From contig CM082587.2 of NCBI GenBank assembly GCA_040954595.2, forward strand, positions 7,739,705 to 7,803,704: 64,000 bases of DNA, given 5' to 3'. The notes beneath the pieces are model-generated. The model made no database searches and was not told the DNA's origin. It was given only the letters and a program-made list of their open reading frames with translations. This stretch comes from Balanoglossus misakiensis. Its lineage: Eukaryota > Animalia > Hemichordata. Shown in pieces: positions 24,301 through 36,300 of this stretch (its first letter is position 1; every line of letters starts with the position of its first letter). The translations under genes were made by a program, and so were the position numbers.

Positions 24301-27300
24301 TAGGCCTGCTTACGCACATAAAGCTTCTAGTACAGCATATTGGCCCCCGTGACCGGTCAAGGAAACCACTTGAAATGGAACGCCTCAAGTGTCTAAAAAG
24401 AGCCGTGTGAATGCGATACAATTGCTTTCACGGGGGCAAAGCGGTTGACCCGAGTGATTCTATTCGAAAGGAACAGTAAACCTGTTTTTTTCGGGCGGAA
24501 AGTGGTAAACAACAACAGTTGGTTGACTTGAACCATGCCCACTCCGCGAAGGACAGCATATTGTTGACAAGCGGGTCAATGCGCGGAAGGCTGATTATTG
24601 TCAGAAAGATCAAAAATCTTTCACATATGCTTCATCGTTCGCTAGTTTGAATCACACAAACCCGGGCCTCTACGTCTGAGGTTCAACTTCAGAGAAGTGC
24701 AGTTCGACTGAATGAAAAATGCTCATAATCGCGAATGGCGATACTAATAATTTACTCCCGATTTTAAGGATACTGATGCCGAACGCAAAACGCGTTACAA
24801 TCTCCATGCGATCGGTCTATCGCTTGATAACTAAGACGTAAAATAGATTGCAATTGTTTTCTTTAATCTTTTATCATGGTTTGTTTGTCTGGCTCCATGA
24901 TATAGACTGCTCGCGGCTTTCGAAAAGCCCCCACTTATTCCACACGTGTCACGGTGCTAGTATCCAGAAGCGATAAAACATCACAGCATTTTTGAAACGG
25001 TCGGATATTTCGCACGCGTGTCGCAAGTGAAAGCAGTCGCGGTGAAATAGTCTTGTAAATTGTTATTTATAAGCTGCGTTAATTAAATTGCTGATATTGC
25101 ACATTGCTTCATTGGAATTCAGTGAAGTTTTAATGTCAAGGCATGCGCAAATAGTGTTTATTAGTATTAATACATTTTATAGTACCATTCGACGGCGGTT
25201 TAATTAGACAATCGCTCAAAAGTAGAGGACGTTGCTCTGCAAAATAGTGATGGGGGGATTGGCAGTGCAATTTACCCTCGGCAAAGTTTTTAATTGAATA
25301 GCGGTTTATATCATTTTTGCGTGTATGTAGGTGATTGATGTCAGAAGAATTGCGAAAATGTAACTTTTGATCAGGGCCGCACTTCGCGTGAACAGCGACG
25401 TCAACAGGTGGTTGGGGAGGAGGGCGCCCTCTGTCACCGAAACACGAACATATTCTATAGTGGCTGACACGCATCGGACAGTTCGCAATGGCTTCACGCG
25501 AGGACAAGGAATGCGGCACTTGACTTGAACGACTTTTGAAACTGTATCTAGGTCATGACATGTTCCTCAAGTGGGTAATCGCAGCACCTCTGTGCAGTCA
25601 ATGTAGGGTCCATGGAGACCTATTGTCAACGACGCAGGCCAATCTTGGGACTGGCTTTTTCGCTCAGTTGCCCTACCTGCCTTGTCCTTTGCATTCTTGT
25701 TGACAGAAAATTCAAACGTTCCGCGCTTCCCAACGTGAGGACAGTGGAAGTAAATTCCACAGATTTTAACCACTTTGAGCGCAGGGGATCACTGATAACC
25801 GGCTCCAACTTTAGGATAAAGGTGCGACTAGTGTGGCATATGAAAAAATATATCCACGACCTCAAAATTGACGGCGGTAGACACTTTCAGACCGACGGAA
25901 TCTGTAAACATACAGATCTATGATGTACGTTTCAGAAAAGAAAATATTGTAATAATAAAATAGAACGTAATTGAATCCGACAAGAATATTTCATGTTGGG
26001 ATTCATTATTTATTAAATTATTTCTTGTCTGAAAAGAAGAAGGAACATTTAATAAAAAGTCAAATATTCCTGTTCTTCGTAACAATATTCAATTACGTCC
26101 CCCGTAAACGTTTCCCCTCTTGTATACCCTGAATATGTACATAAACTACTTGTATTATGACTTGTATAATATTTCTACCTGCAATCGTGCCATTTTCATT
26201 GTACTTGGCTTTGGCGCATCAGACGACTAAGGGTCATGACCCCCGAGAAGATATTGTCTCGTGTGTCGAGGCGCTGACAAGTACGCTGCGACCGTGACGT
26301 ACCCATCAGGGACCCAGCAACGTTATCCGAATCCCAGATGATGCTGTCGGTACACGTGTACGGCTTATACCGACCAAAATCGCAAACACGACAGAAGTAC
26401 AGCCGCCCAGCACTGCAAACATATCAAATGGACAAAATACTATCGTATATTCGTGGTTGAATAAAAAACCGAGCCTCGTGAAAAAGTCACGTGAAACCTA
26501 ACACCGAATTCACCTGAAATGCGCAATTAGTACCAACACGGCGTGAGATACATGACTCCCTGTTGCGTGAATGTCGGTAAGAATTATACCTTCGTTTTCT
26601 GCTGGAGTGGTTTAGATCTCATCGACCCGTGTCCGAACATTTGACGCAAGTTCGGCCAACTATACACAAAGCCAATATTTCCGACGTAAACGAAAACATC
26701 TAGTGTTCCAAAACACGACTACTATACTTAGAAATCAGAATAAAACCAGGCAGTGAAGAGAAGAAAACAAAACGATGCCGCTTTCAAGGTCTCTGGATCA
26801 CATTAATCGTTGGGCTTCACTCGTCGCGTTTCGAGGTTTAAAAAAATCCCAACTTCATACGCTCAACAGTAAATTTACTTTTCATTACAATCTAGCAGAA
26901 ATACCATGGAAATTGAGGGCAGTCGTTTGTTTGACGATTGGAGTGGCTTAATTAATTGGATTGGTTAGACAGTCCCCTGGGAAATCTGCCACCTCCCAGC
27001 GGATAACGAATGCTCGCAAAAGAGTTCTTAATTTTTAATGAACGCAGACTATCAATCATGAAAGACATGCACAGCTGAAAACGAGAACTGCAATATTAAA
27101 AGTGTAAACATCGTAATGACTCGGATTAGTCACTGTTTTATATCTGACGCACCACCTCAGAGATATTTGGTCTTGACTAGATAATCGCGACACAGTGTCT
27201 CCACAGAATGGACCGTTCTCATGTTTTAGAATGATTATGAAATGTCCCAACGAACCACATTTTAGTCATACACGTCTAGAGATTCTATTACTATATTATG

Positions 27301-27345
27301 TATTTAGAAAGAGATGACGTCGGAAAGGCAGGGGGCAGGTATATG

Positions 27346-27416
<71 letters not shown>

Positions 27417-29791
27417 CTCGGCCCTTGTTTGAATTTCCTCTGTGAACTTTGTTACTTTCATAAGAAGTCAAAGCGATCATTCCGTGCATGGAGAGCGATA
27501 ACTTAAAGATAAATGCACTGAAGCTGATTAACTTCTGGTGCATAAAACTAACAAGTGTGATCATTTCATCGGAACACCATCACAATATCATATAAGTAAT
27601 CTCATCCTTTAATGCATCATATTCTCATGTCATTGTTATGCCCCGCATTGAAAATAATGTCCGATCTCGAAATTTAACTGCCCAGTGGTTCTGTATGTCG
27701 TCGCTATGTATTCAATGATATGCCCTTGCGAAAGCCCTTTACGTGAAAAACTTGTCAAGTACATGTTTTAATAGACTGGAAACCCCGTCTAATGTATTAC
27801 ATGACGCGTCTTATGATGTTGGACGTTTACCCAAGTAACAGACTGAGTGTTGTGCTGTAAACTGGCACAGTTCATAAAACGCGCAAGGACCTCTACTCAA
27901 CTTTTACAACTTCAGCTTACAATTCAATTCAATTTATTGAATTTTTCATGTCTCCAGAAAAATAGACACGGGATAGAAATGTCTATGCTAATATTTGCAG
28001 CACCATAGACGTAGCAAGGATGCTGAGCAAATAAAACTTATGTCGTCATAGTTGACAAAGCTGTGGGTCATAAAAAAAAGGCTCGCAGTATTGTGGTGGA
28101 CATAGGGAAGTATTTGCCCTGGTTACCTTAGGGGAAATGGTAGACTCTATAGCAGTCGCTGTGCCTGTCGATAAGAATGGAAATGACTGAAATTAACTTC
28201 ATCTCGATACCCCCGAATATGTATTATAATATAATTAAAAGGCTATTCAAAGTGGGTGGGTATTTATTATGTTGCTAGATCGACATTTCTAGACACGCTG
28301 TCTTATTTGACACCCCAGACGAGTAAATACACACATTTGTTTGCTGCGCCGACTCGATCGGCAGACGACAACAGTGTGTAGGCCAGGTGGGTCAAATTGA
28401 CATAACCCGGAGCGGGGTGCGACCAGACGTGTTTCGGTCTCGGACACGGGCGGCCAACTCCCTTTAGGAATTGGGTGGCGGCGTCAAGAAATGCGCGCCT
28501 GCAACAACTAATTTGACGCACATACAGTCGCCACCTGCATTTACTCTGCCTGGTTCCTGGCGTGCCGGAAGAATAATAATTCAGCCAGACGTACATTTGT
28601 ACAGCTAACAATGTTACTTGTAAACGGCAAATTCCCAAAGCGTTTATATGGCTGATCGTGTAAGGCCGTCAACACCGGTATTTCTCATCGATAACATTGT
28701 TTTTCCCGCGATGATCCCCTGATAATAAAGCTTAGTCCACACTCAATGTTTTTTCACTTTACTGAAAAGAAGACTGTAATTTTCAAGCCGGTCTGCACTT
28801 TATTCTGTTCGTTCATTTCCCCGTGATATTGGCAAAAAGAAAAGTCACAAACTACCCGGATCGTGGTTATAAATTATTAACAAGGCTCCTGATTAACTAA
28901 CCCATTTAGAATTCCCAATAGCAATATCGGATGTATTATCGCGCACAATTCTCTGAGTAACTCCACTTCAGGACGTCTTGCTCCCATTAAGCCCACCATT
29001 TGTGCACTTCCTCGACAATCATTAATTAAAAAGTCCCCCGTCGTGAATTTTACCGAAAGGAAATTCTTTCAATTGTAAAGGTTCGGGAATCAGCGGGAAC
29101 TGTGTTAAACACCGCACATTGTCATCTATGCTCCCCCTTCAGTCCCGAAAACAATCGGTAGCTATATGAAGTCACAGACGTCTTAATGTGGCTCACATAG
29201 CAATTGCCGTGGGGAAAATTACCCTTTGTTATATTAACAACAGCGACTCTTTAGTACGAGTTGAACTGTAATATAGGTAAGGACAACACCGCTTCAAGCG
29301 AACGTACGTTTTATTTTGAAAGAACTTTTGAACCGCAGAAGTGACTTGCAGATGGCACGATTAACGCGGCGAGACTGACTTGGTTGAGTTTTGACCTCTT
29401 CGTCCAGTCAGTCGTCAATTTTTATAGCCTTGCCAGCGACGATTAATAATTGACAGCCTGGGTGCAACGGGCAGTAAAACCAAAACACAACAGGTGGGGG
29501 GGGGAATGTCTTTGCAAATTTGACTGAGAAATAATTGAGAGTAGAGTCCCTTACCTGAGACGGGTGCGGGTTGTTTCTGCGTGTGACAGAACACGGTCTC
29601 GGCACCACGGGTTTCACCTGTTTGGGGCTGAAATCGGACGAGTACAGCGTCATTGTGTCTTCGTCGGCCAGGTCGAAGCCTTCCTGAGGGTCCTTCGGTT
29701 TCGGGAAAACGCCGCGACTGTTCTCGTGTACAGCCTTGATACTCCGGTAGGCGTTCCACTGCTGAATATGATCTGACTTGGGCTCCTCCAT
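12399..29791 (-). CDS. Uncharacterised protein (~435 aa), probably ciliary / microtubule-associated; 8 exons, 11-kb first intron
   Basis: In-frame GT-AG exons 29791-29555, 18372-18246, 17410-17201, 16752-16714, 15080-14989, 14499-14295, 13805-13661, 12651-12399. An optional exon may start near 17762. Reads MEEPKSDH...TLYSSDF...PRPCSVTRRNNPHPSQ|MFMHWK...FTRPHRAIPRHFTIHPEWE*. Family not recognised. Confidence 0.75.
13400..13592. mobile_element. TTAA-flanked Kolobok/T2-like MITE (family C)
   Basis: TTAA-AGGGATACGGTCACCT ... AGGTGACTGTATACCT-TTAA: imperfect TIRs with a TTAA target duplication. Confidence 0.75.
15257..15460. mobile_element. TA-flanked Tc1/mariner-like MITE (family A), diverged copy
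   Basis: TA-CTGTAAAACACTTT...AAAGTGTTTTACAG-TA, with an interior related to five copies in NUP188 introns. Confidence 0.85.
16133..16146. promoter_or_regulatory. RFX X-box (perfect palindrome)
   Basis: GTTACCATGGTAAC, intronic in the unknown gene. Confidence 0.55.
16996..17207. repeat. ~33-44 bp minisatellite, ~5.5 units, overlapping a 5' splice site
   Basis: Unit approximately CCTAACTCAC(T/C)ATTGGCTGATCAGTCAACACCCT(TT/AC)ATAA. Confidence 0.9.
18050..18200. mobile_element. Internal fragment of MITE family B
   Basis: CTACATGTAGATATATAGTGAATCAACATTCGACTACACACAACTTCCA...TTATTCATTTTGGCGAGTTTTTCACTC matches the interior of the 52652 and 58276 copies. Confidence 0.7.
22385..22398. promoter_or_regulatory. 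RFX X-box
   Basis: GTTTCCATGGTAAC, the canonical ciliary-gene X-box consensus. Confidence 0.55.
27346..27416. repeat. (GACA)n microsatellite
   Basis: ~17 perfect GACA units. The left flank GGGGCAGGTATA resembles the flank of the GACA run at ~7080-7125. Confidence 0.95.
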
Positions 29792-30020
29792 TTTCACTGC
29801 TTTTCCCCCGATCTGCGAAAAAAAAAGTTGCGTGACGATGGAACTTTGCAGCGCAGGTGTATAGAGTGTGGGAGTGGACGAGCGACGGCCTCTCTCTGCC
29901 TGTGTTACACGGGCAGACAATTGGATCTCGTGTAACACCGTGTCACGCGGATTGAGTATACTCGCCGCTGCCTTTACAGGCCATTGAGCATTGTTATGAT
30001 AAGTAAGGGAGCCTTTTCGC

Positions 30021-30043
30021 GTCCTTGGCAACTCCTTGGCAAC
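30021..30043. promoter_or_regulatory. Tandem RFX-like sites upstream of the unknown gene
   Basis: GTCCTTGGCAAC followed by TCCTTGGCAAC, ~230 bp upstream of the ATG at 29791. Confidence 0.45.
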
Positions 30044-31423
30044 TGTTGGTGGAGAATTCCCCGTCTATCGATCGATCACAACCATCACAATGGGCCGATT
30101 GGCCAATCGAACGTCTGTTGTTGAAGCGCGCCCCCAGTGTCAATGTCCCCTGCGCGTGATTTCGAGTTCCGTGTGAACATGAACTCTTGACTTTGAACTG
30201 ATAGACAGTCACATTGTCGTAAAGTGCCAATCTGACCCACCTGCGCAGGACTCGTCTCTCCCACAAAGTCTAACCCGCTCTAGTTACCAAAACCTGCCCC
30301 GAGGTTCACCCGCGGTAGTCAATCGATTGTGACTAGGCCTATGCATTCTTGTTTATTTAACGCATTATAAATACGTACAATTGGTCGATAATCCTCGTTT
30401 ATGTTCAACATACTAAACATTTTACTTTGAATGGCTTTGATTTGGAACATGTGACGGAATTGTAATGACTTGCTCAGAAACTATAAATGCTTTAGTCTTT
30501 TAAGCTGCGGCTCGCTGCCCCAGCCGGGTGTATGGGCCTACAGCATCATATTCTGGGTATTTAACTCAAACTTACGAAACAATTGCTGTTCTCATATTAA
30601 CTATTTTTTCGACCCGCTAACAATAAAATGATGCTGAAAATCTACGTGTATTTGAAAAAAATGTGTGAAACTGTGAAGAAGAGTATATTCGACAACTTGT
30701 TATTTGGACGAGTTTCTTCCAACTAGCATCGTCATCATCATGATGACACCAATTCCAATTTAGTCTGGAAAGATTAGATGGAAAGCGAATATGTGCAAAC
30801 TGACGCATCTTCGGAAAAAAGGGGAAGGCGGCTCGTAAGTGTTGTACTCAGCTCAACGAATGCGTATTTCTTCCCAGAGGGAATTCATGGGATTTCGTCG
30901 AGGCAAATCTTAGACCAGTAACAGTCAACTTCACTTATGTAACGACATTCATTTCAACGATGCAATTAGTTTATCCTAATCGACTGAATAATTCATATGC
31001 ATTATTTAGCTATTTAATTTAATTGTATAACGATTTCATCATTGACCAGAATGATGTACTACACTATTGAACGTACAGAAGACAATGGTAACTCTTATAT
31101 GCGGGTATGAGGGCGCAACCCGCAAGTTACTGGTCAAGAAATACATATATGCATGGAATTATCAAAGGCACCGTGTTATATCAATGCATAATGGGTTTCA
31201 TTGTGTAATCTAGTTACCGGGATTTATTTCATTAGGAGAACATCAATGTTAATGACAGGAGCGAAACATCTGCTGGTTCATGAAGATTGGAGTGTAATTC
31301 CACGAACCGGACCTACATGTGTTTATCTTATTTATATTAGTACTGCAGTGCAGTCCAAAGCCCTTTTTTGTCTTGCTTGATTGTTGTTCATAGATTTGGT
31401 GGTACAGCGATTGGCCGACAGAA

Positions 31424-32464
31424 ATGGAACTCAGCAACGACACGCTTCACAGTGTCCTCGAAACGTACGACACCCAGAAATATTTCATAGCAACCAACAT
31501 CGCATTTTCCTCCCTGGGAATATTGGCCAACTTGTGTGTGCTCGCGGTGTTTGCCAAGAAACCGAGCCTTCGCACCGCTTCGAATTACCTCATCATCGGC
31601 TTGACGCTGTCGGATCTGCAGATCGACCTGATGATCTTCCCGATGACGATGCTGCAGACGGCAGCGCGGACAACAGGTGGTTCTGCCGACGCCTGGTGTG
31701 TCATCTTCCACGCTTACAGACACGTGATATTTCAGTGTTCGGGTTTGGTGAGCATTTGTCTGATCGCCGCCGATCGTCTGATTGCCGTGGTGCGACCGAT
31801 ACAACACAATCTCATCGTCACCAAACGACGCGCCTTCGCGTGCGTCGTTTGCGGGTTTGTGGTGTGCTATTCCTTCGCGTTGTTACCGCTCTGCATCAAA
31901 CCCGGAGAACCCTGGCTTGATTTCTGCGACGGTCTGTACAGCTACAGCAGGATATTTTCCGCTGCACTTCTGGGGTTTCTGGCCGTTCTTTTTGCCTCCA
32001 CCGCAACCATGTACTTTGTCATCGTCTACCGGGTGAAGTACACCCTCCCGAAGCGAATCGGAGCAGCGAACGGGCAGAGCAACCGGAGAGCTATCAACCA
32101 CGCCGTCATTGCAAAGATCATGTTCGGCATCTTTCTGATGTTTTCGGCAACGTGGATTTTCGATGTCGTTGTGAGTTCCTCCGTCGAGCTGTGCCAGTCG
32201 ATTTCCGTCCAAGGCAGTGAATATCGGATTTGTCAGAGTAAAAGCGGCAACGAAGACTTCCTCCTTCTCGCAAAGTTCATCTCAGTGACGCTCATTTCTG
32301 TTGAAACTGTAATTAATCCGCTTCTGTACTCTCTTGGACTCCAAAAGTTCCGAGCAGAAATAATCAAACTTCTTCCGCGGTGTTTTATACCTCGTACCGA
32401 ATCCAGCGTTGCAACCATTCACACAAGTAGAAGAAATGTCGATTTCCGGCAAGCTACATCATAG
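31424..32464 (+). CDS. Intronless orphan rhodopsin-class (class A) GPCR, 346 aa
   Basis: Single ORF with seven hydrophobic segments: TM1 GILAN, LRTASNYLIIGLTLSDL (TM2), IAADRLIAVVRP (DRY-like), INPLLYSL (NPxxY), and helix 8 KFRAEI. Confidence 0.93.
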   Translation: MELSNDTLHSVLETYDTQKYFIATNIAFSSLGILANLCVLAVFAKKPSLRTASNYLIIGLTLSDLQIDLMIFPMTMLQTAARTTGGSADAWCVIFHAYRHVIFQCSGLVSICLIAADRLIAVVRPIQHNLIVTKRRAFACVVCGFVVCYSFALLPLCIKPGEPWLDFCDGLYSYSRIFSAALLGFLAVLFASTATMYFVIVYRVKYTLPKRIGAANGQSNRRAINHAVIAKIMFGIFLMFSATWIFDVVVSSSVELCQSISVQGSEYRICQSKSGNEDFLLLAKFISVTLISVETVINPLLYSLGLQKFRAEIIKLLPRCFIPRTESSVATIHTSRRNVDFRQATS

Positions 32465-33341
32465 GTAGTTCTAACAATATGTAATAAATTGGGGATTCGT
32501 TTTTTCTTTTTTCAATAAACACAACTTGCTAAACAAGTACTTGTCTTTTTTTTCTGTTTTTGACTTTTTTCTGTTATTGTTTGAATATTAATAAAATAAA
32601 TGTTATTACCCCAAATCGTCTCAGTACCAGTGGTCGTCTGCACATATTTGCCGAAAAGCAACTCTATGTCTGTCTACTATCAATGTAAGCCTATGGCTGT
32701 AAAGAAACAGTCCGTATATTATATCTAAATTTCCCCAGCTAAGCCCCCCCCCCCCCCGATTATCATTCGCAGGGATTAACCCCTACACAAACATTGTGTG
32801 GACAGCTATCATTATGGAAACAGAAGTTTGGAAAAATTAGTCTGCAAATGGTATGCAAAGGAAGACGTCGGACAAAAGTGGAAAGGTCCGCGACGCGAAA
32901 AAGTCCTACGCTATTTCCAGCCATTTGTGACCAAATGGGATATCATAATAACGTATTGCATTCAGTGAGGGTGGCGTTGAAGTTCGGCTGTAGGAAGTTT
33001 CCGTTATCAGTGTCCGACAAACAATGCATACATCTGAAAACCCCAAGCATGGCTGTCCTGAAGCAAGAATTTTGAGAGACACACTGACAGTGACAGGTGG
33101 CTTATGCACTGATAAATGGCTTCGAAACAAGGTCGCAAAGCGAAATATCATGTAAATTAGACCCAACGAATGACATAAAAAGTTCAACTGTTCATTAAAT
33201 TCGTGAAATTTAATTTAGCTTAGATGTATTTCATCGAGTTTCTGCGTTTCGGCCTTACCCCCCCCCCCCCCCAAATAGGTCAATCGAGGTCAAGTTGCTT
33301 TTGCAGCGCCATCACACGGCGATACAAATCGCGGTAAAAGA

Positions 33342-33354
33342 CAAAATGGCGGCG
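33342..33354 (+). promoter_or_regulatory. YY1 motif overlapping the NUP188 start codon
   Basis: CAAAATGGCGGCG, a typical housekeeping-gene start context. Confidence 0.5.
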
Positions 33355-36300
33355 TCCACAGAGTAAGTAGTGTTTTCCATTGCAATCTTTAGTACACATT
33401 AATGTTTGCAGCGAACGAAGAGAAAATCACAAGAATACGTGTGCAGTTGTGGAGTACAGGTGCTTGATCGTCTAGCCGTGCTTATTGGAGAAGTAACATA
33501 GGTCAACAAGTTATCCGTTTAACCTCGGTCACATCATAACATCACGTTTTATCCGTAACCTCCGCTATTAAACGGTCGACCATGGAGCTAGTCGACGGTC
33601 GATCATGTGTTTGTACTATTGCAATAACGGTAGCCTTGGTGGCTGGTTTGATCATAGAGGTACTAGTACCGCCATGGTTTGATCGCCCTGACGGACACCC
33701 TTGGTGGGAACATCAGCGCGATCCAGCCACTCACTCAACCAACCCATCGAGGCTACAACAGCCGGTGTTTTAACCACCACCAAGACCGTTAGACGTCTAA
33801 TTGTAATAACGATTTCATATTTCGAATTTATTAGATCTTACCATGAATTGTTACAAGTGATCAGCGGGAGATCGGCATTAAGATCTGAGGTAAGTGACGA
33901 AGGCGACTGTTACGGTGATTGATGCATGTTGCTTTCTGTTGGGGCTAGGCCCTCACAGCCAGCCTCTATGCTTGATTCATTGCTGCACACACGTGAATTA
34001 ATAAGTGGCATATCACAGTTAATTCTCTAGCCTTTTCTTAATACAACATAATGAATAAAATGCTTTCTGCATCCGAAACACTTGTTCCCTTCTCACACAT
34101 ACATTTTCAACCAAACATGACCTTAAATGACCTCTCTTCTCTCCACTCCAGGACCAAATCCGGGAGATTTTAACAAGAAGTCACTCCAGACTGGTGAAAG
34201 GCCTGCAGTTTTTCAAAGAACCAAGGTTACTATTTGTTCATTGTTGATAATTTCAAGACATGGATGATGTTATGAGAACCAGTAGTACTAGTATCATTCA
34301 TGTAGATATTATGTTGGAAGTTGTTTCTTGTATATGGGGGATTTTTTACTGTTGAATCTAGTGAGAATCCGAAACAAAACAAAACGACAAAAACGATAAT
34401 GGTGTCAGAAAATATTTTCCAAAAATCTCATCTGATGTAAATCGCAACACTTTTGCATTCAACAGTCAGACGTCCTGAAATATTTGAAAACTTTTTTTTC
34501 TTGCACACAGTGCTGCATCTGCAGCGAAACTGAAGAATGACGGAAGTATTGGAAAGACTTCTCAAGAATTCACACTAAAGCTTAGTAAATATCTGGTAGG
34601 TGTATAATATTAGCACATAAAGTAGTGAAAACCAAATTTGTTGATTAGAGTGAAACCTGTATGGACACCTCTCTAATCAGGAAACCTTTCAATCAAGGAC
34701 ATATTTTCAATTCAAAAGCTACATTTTGAATAGAATGTTACCTGCATTTGAATAACTTTGTAAGCCAGACGACAGACAGCACTCTCAAATGTAAAAGTGG
34801 CATTTTACCAGTAACCGATAAATGCCAGTGTCATTTTGATAACACAGGATCTAACTGCACTGTAACGCTATGCTCTGCATCCAAATTATAAACACCTATC
34901 TGAATGTCTTCTTTTATCCCCAGGGATTAGATGAATGGCAAAGCCATGAATTATTGCAAATATTTCTTATGACAACATTTAGAGGAACAAGCAAGCAATT
35001 ACAGGTATGGATGAAAAATGGCTGCAATACATGTTACCAATAATTCTAATCCACTCTCACCCAGTGTACAACATGCCACCGATTGTGTTATGTCACACAT
35101 TTATTTCTCAATTCCTGACTAAGCAGCAACATTACATGAATTATTTTATTCTTCAAAGTATAAATCATGCCTTCTACATGTCAGCTTGCATATTTTGTTG
35201 GTGGAAATCTTAACACCATGAAGATGTATTATCTATGAAAGAGTTGACACTGGAGGCTGTTGACTTTATACATGATATTTATAAACAACAACAACAACAA
35301 CAGCATTAGTAGTAGCAGCAGCAGCAACAACAACAGGAAGAACAACAACAACATTGGCTGTTATTATCTGGTTTTCATGCAGGCTTATTTATTTAGTCAC
35401 TGTGTCTTTCTTTTTCAGGCCATCATCAATGAAGACAGAAATGCCAATGCATTGATTTTAAAGGTAAGAAGTCAAAACACAAATATGCAGGGAGAAGGTG
35501 ATGGAGTATATGACTGAAGATAACTGTATTACAGTTCTGTTGGCTTCCTTGCTAATCTGAACCACAATAATCACTTCAATGCTGATGTTTTTTTTTATCT
35601 CTTTTTGCAGATTTCAGAGTATTATTTTTCGGAGAGACTATCAGCTCTACACTGCCTCAAACATTTGCTGAGCTTCTGGCAAGAAGACAGACATCCATAC
35701 AAGGTGAGTGTATTGACAAAAATTGGTTAAGTTTCCAAAATTGGTCATTTTATCTTATTTACAGTTCTTTAGTTGAGCATTCTGACAGCGGCATTCTAAT
35801 TCAAAATGACAAACACTATTTCTTTGCAGTCCATAAAAAATATCATTTGAGAGACTTGACAGATTATGGGGGCCGTCATCCTTCTTGGAGTTTTTCAGAG
35901 AGATGCCTGCTAGAGGAACGCCATACTCTCCCAGACCAGACCATAAAATTGTCATTAAAAAACCTGTACTTTCACTCTCTACAGCCACTGTATTTGGACT
36001 GTGTTGAAGACATGATGTTGGACGATGCACTTGTGTCGAGTATGTGGGATCAATACAACGATGCATGTAGCTGTCTTGCTCCAACCAGAGAAACTCACGG
36101 GCAGCTCATGGTGAGTCCTAAAGACATTTGCAGTGCACCCTCTTGTGTTCATCCTGAGAAGCTATTTTGAGAGAAAAAATGCCAGTGTGCAGTGATAACA
36201 CACAGTGTTGGGATGGTTTCAGCTGAGCGTCAGTGATTGAAATGCTGCTCTGGAATATAGATTGGATAAAGTTTCTTGACATACTCTGTATTTTGAGATG

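Noticed and set aside
23807-24352. 181-aa plus-strand ORF in the large intron
   Set aside because: Non-ATG start, no domain-like pattern and no splice support.
27058-27080. miR-71-like TGAAAGACATG
   Set aside because: Only 11 nt match, and no complementary star arm was seen.
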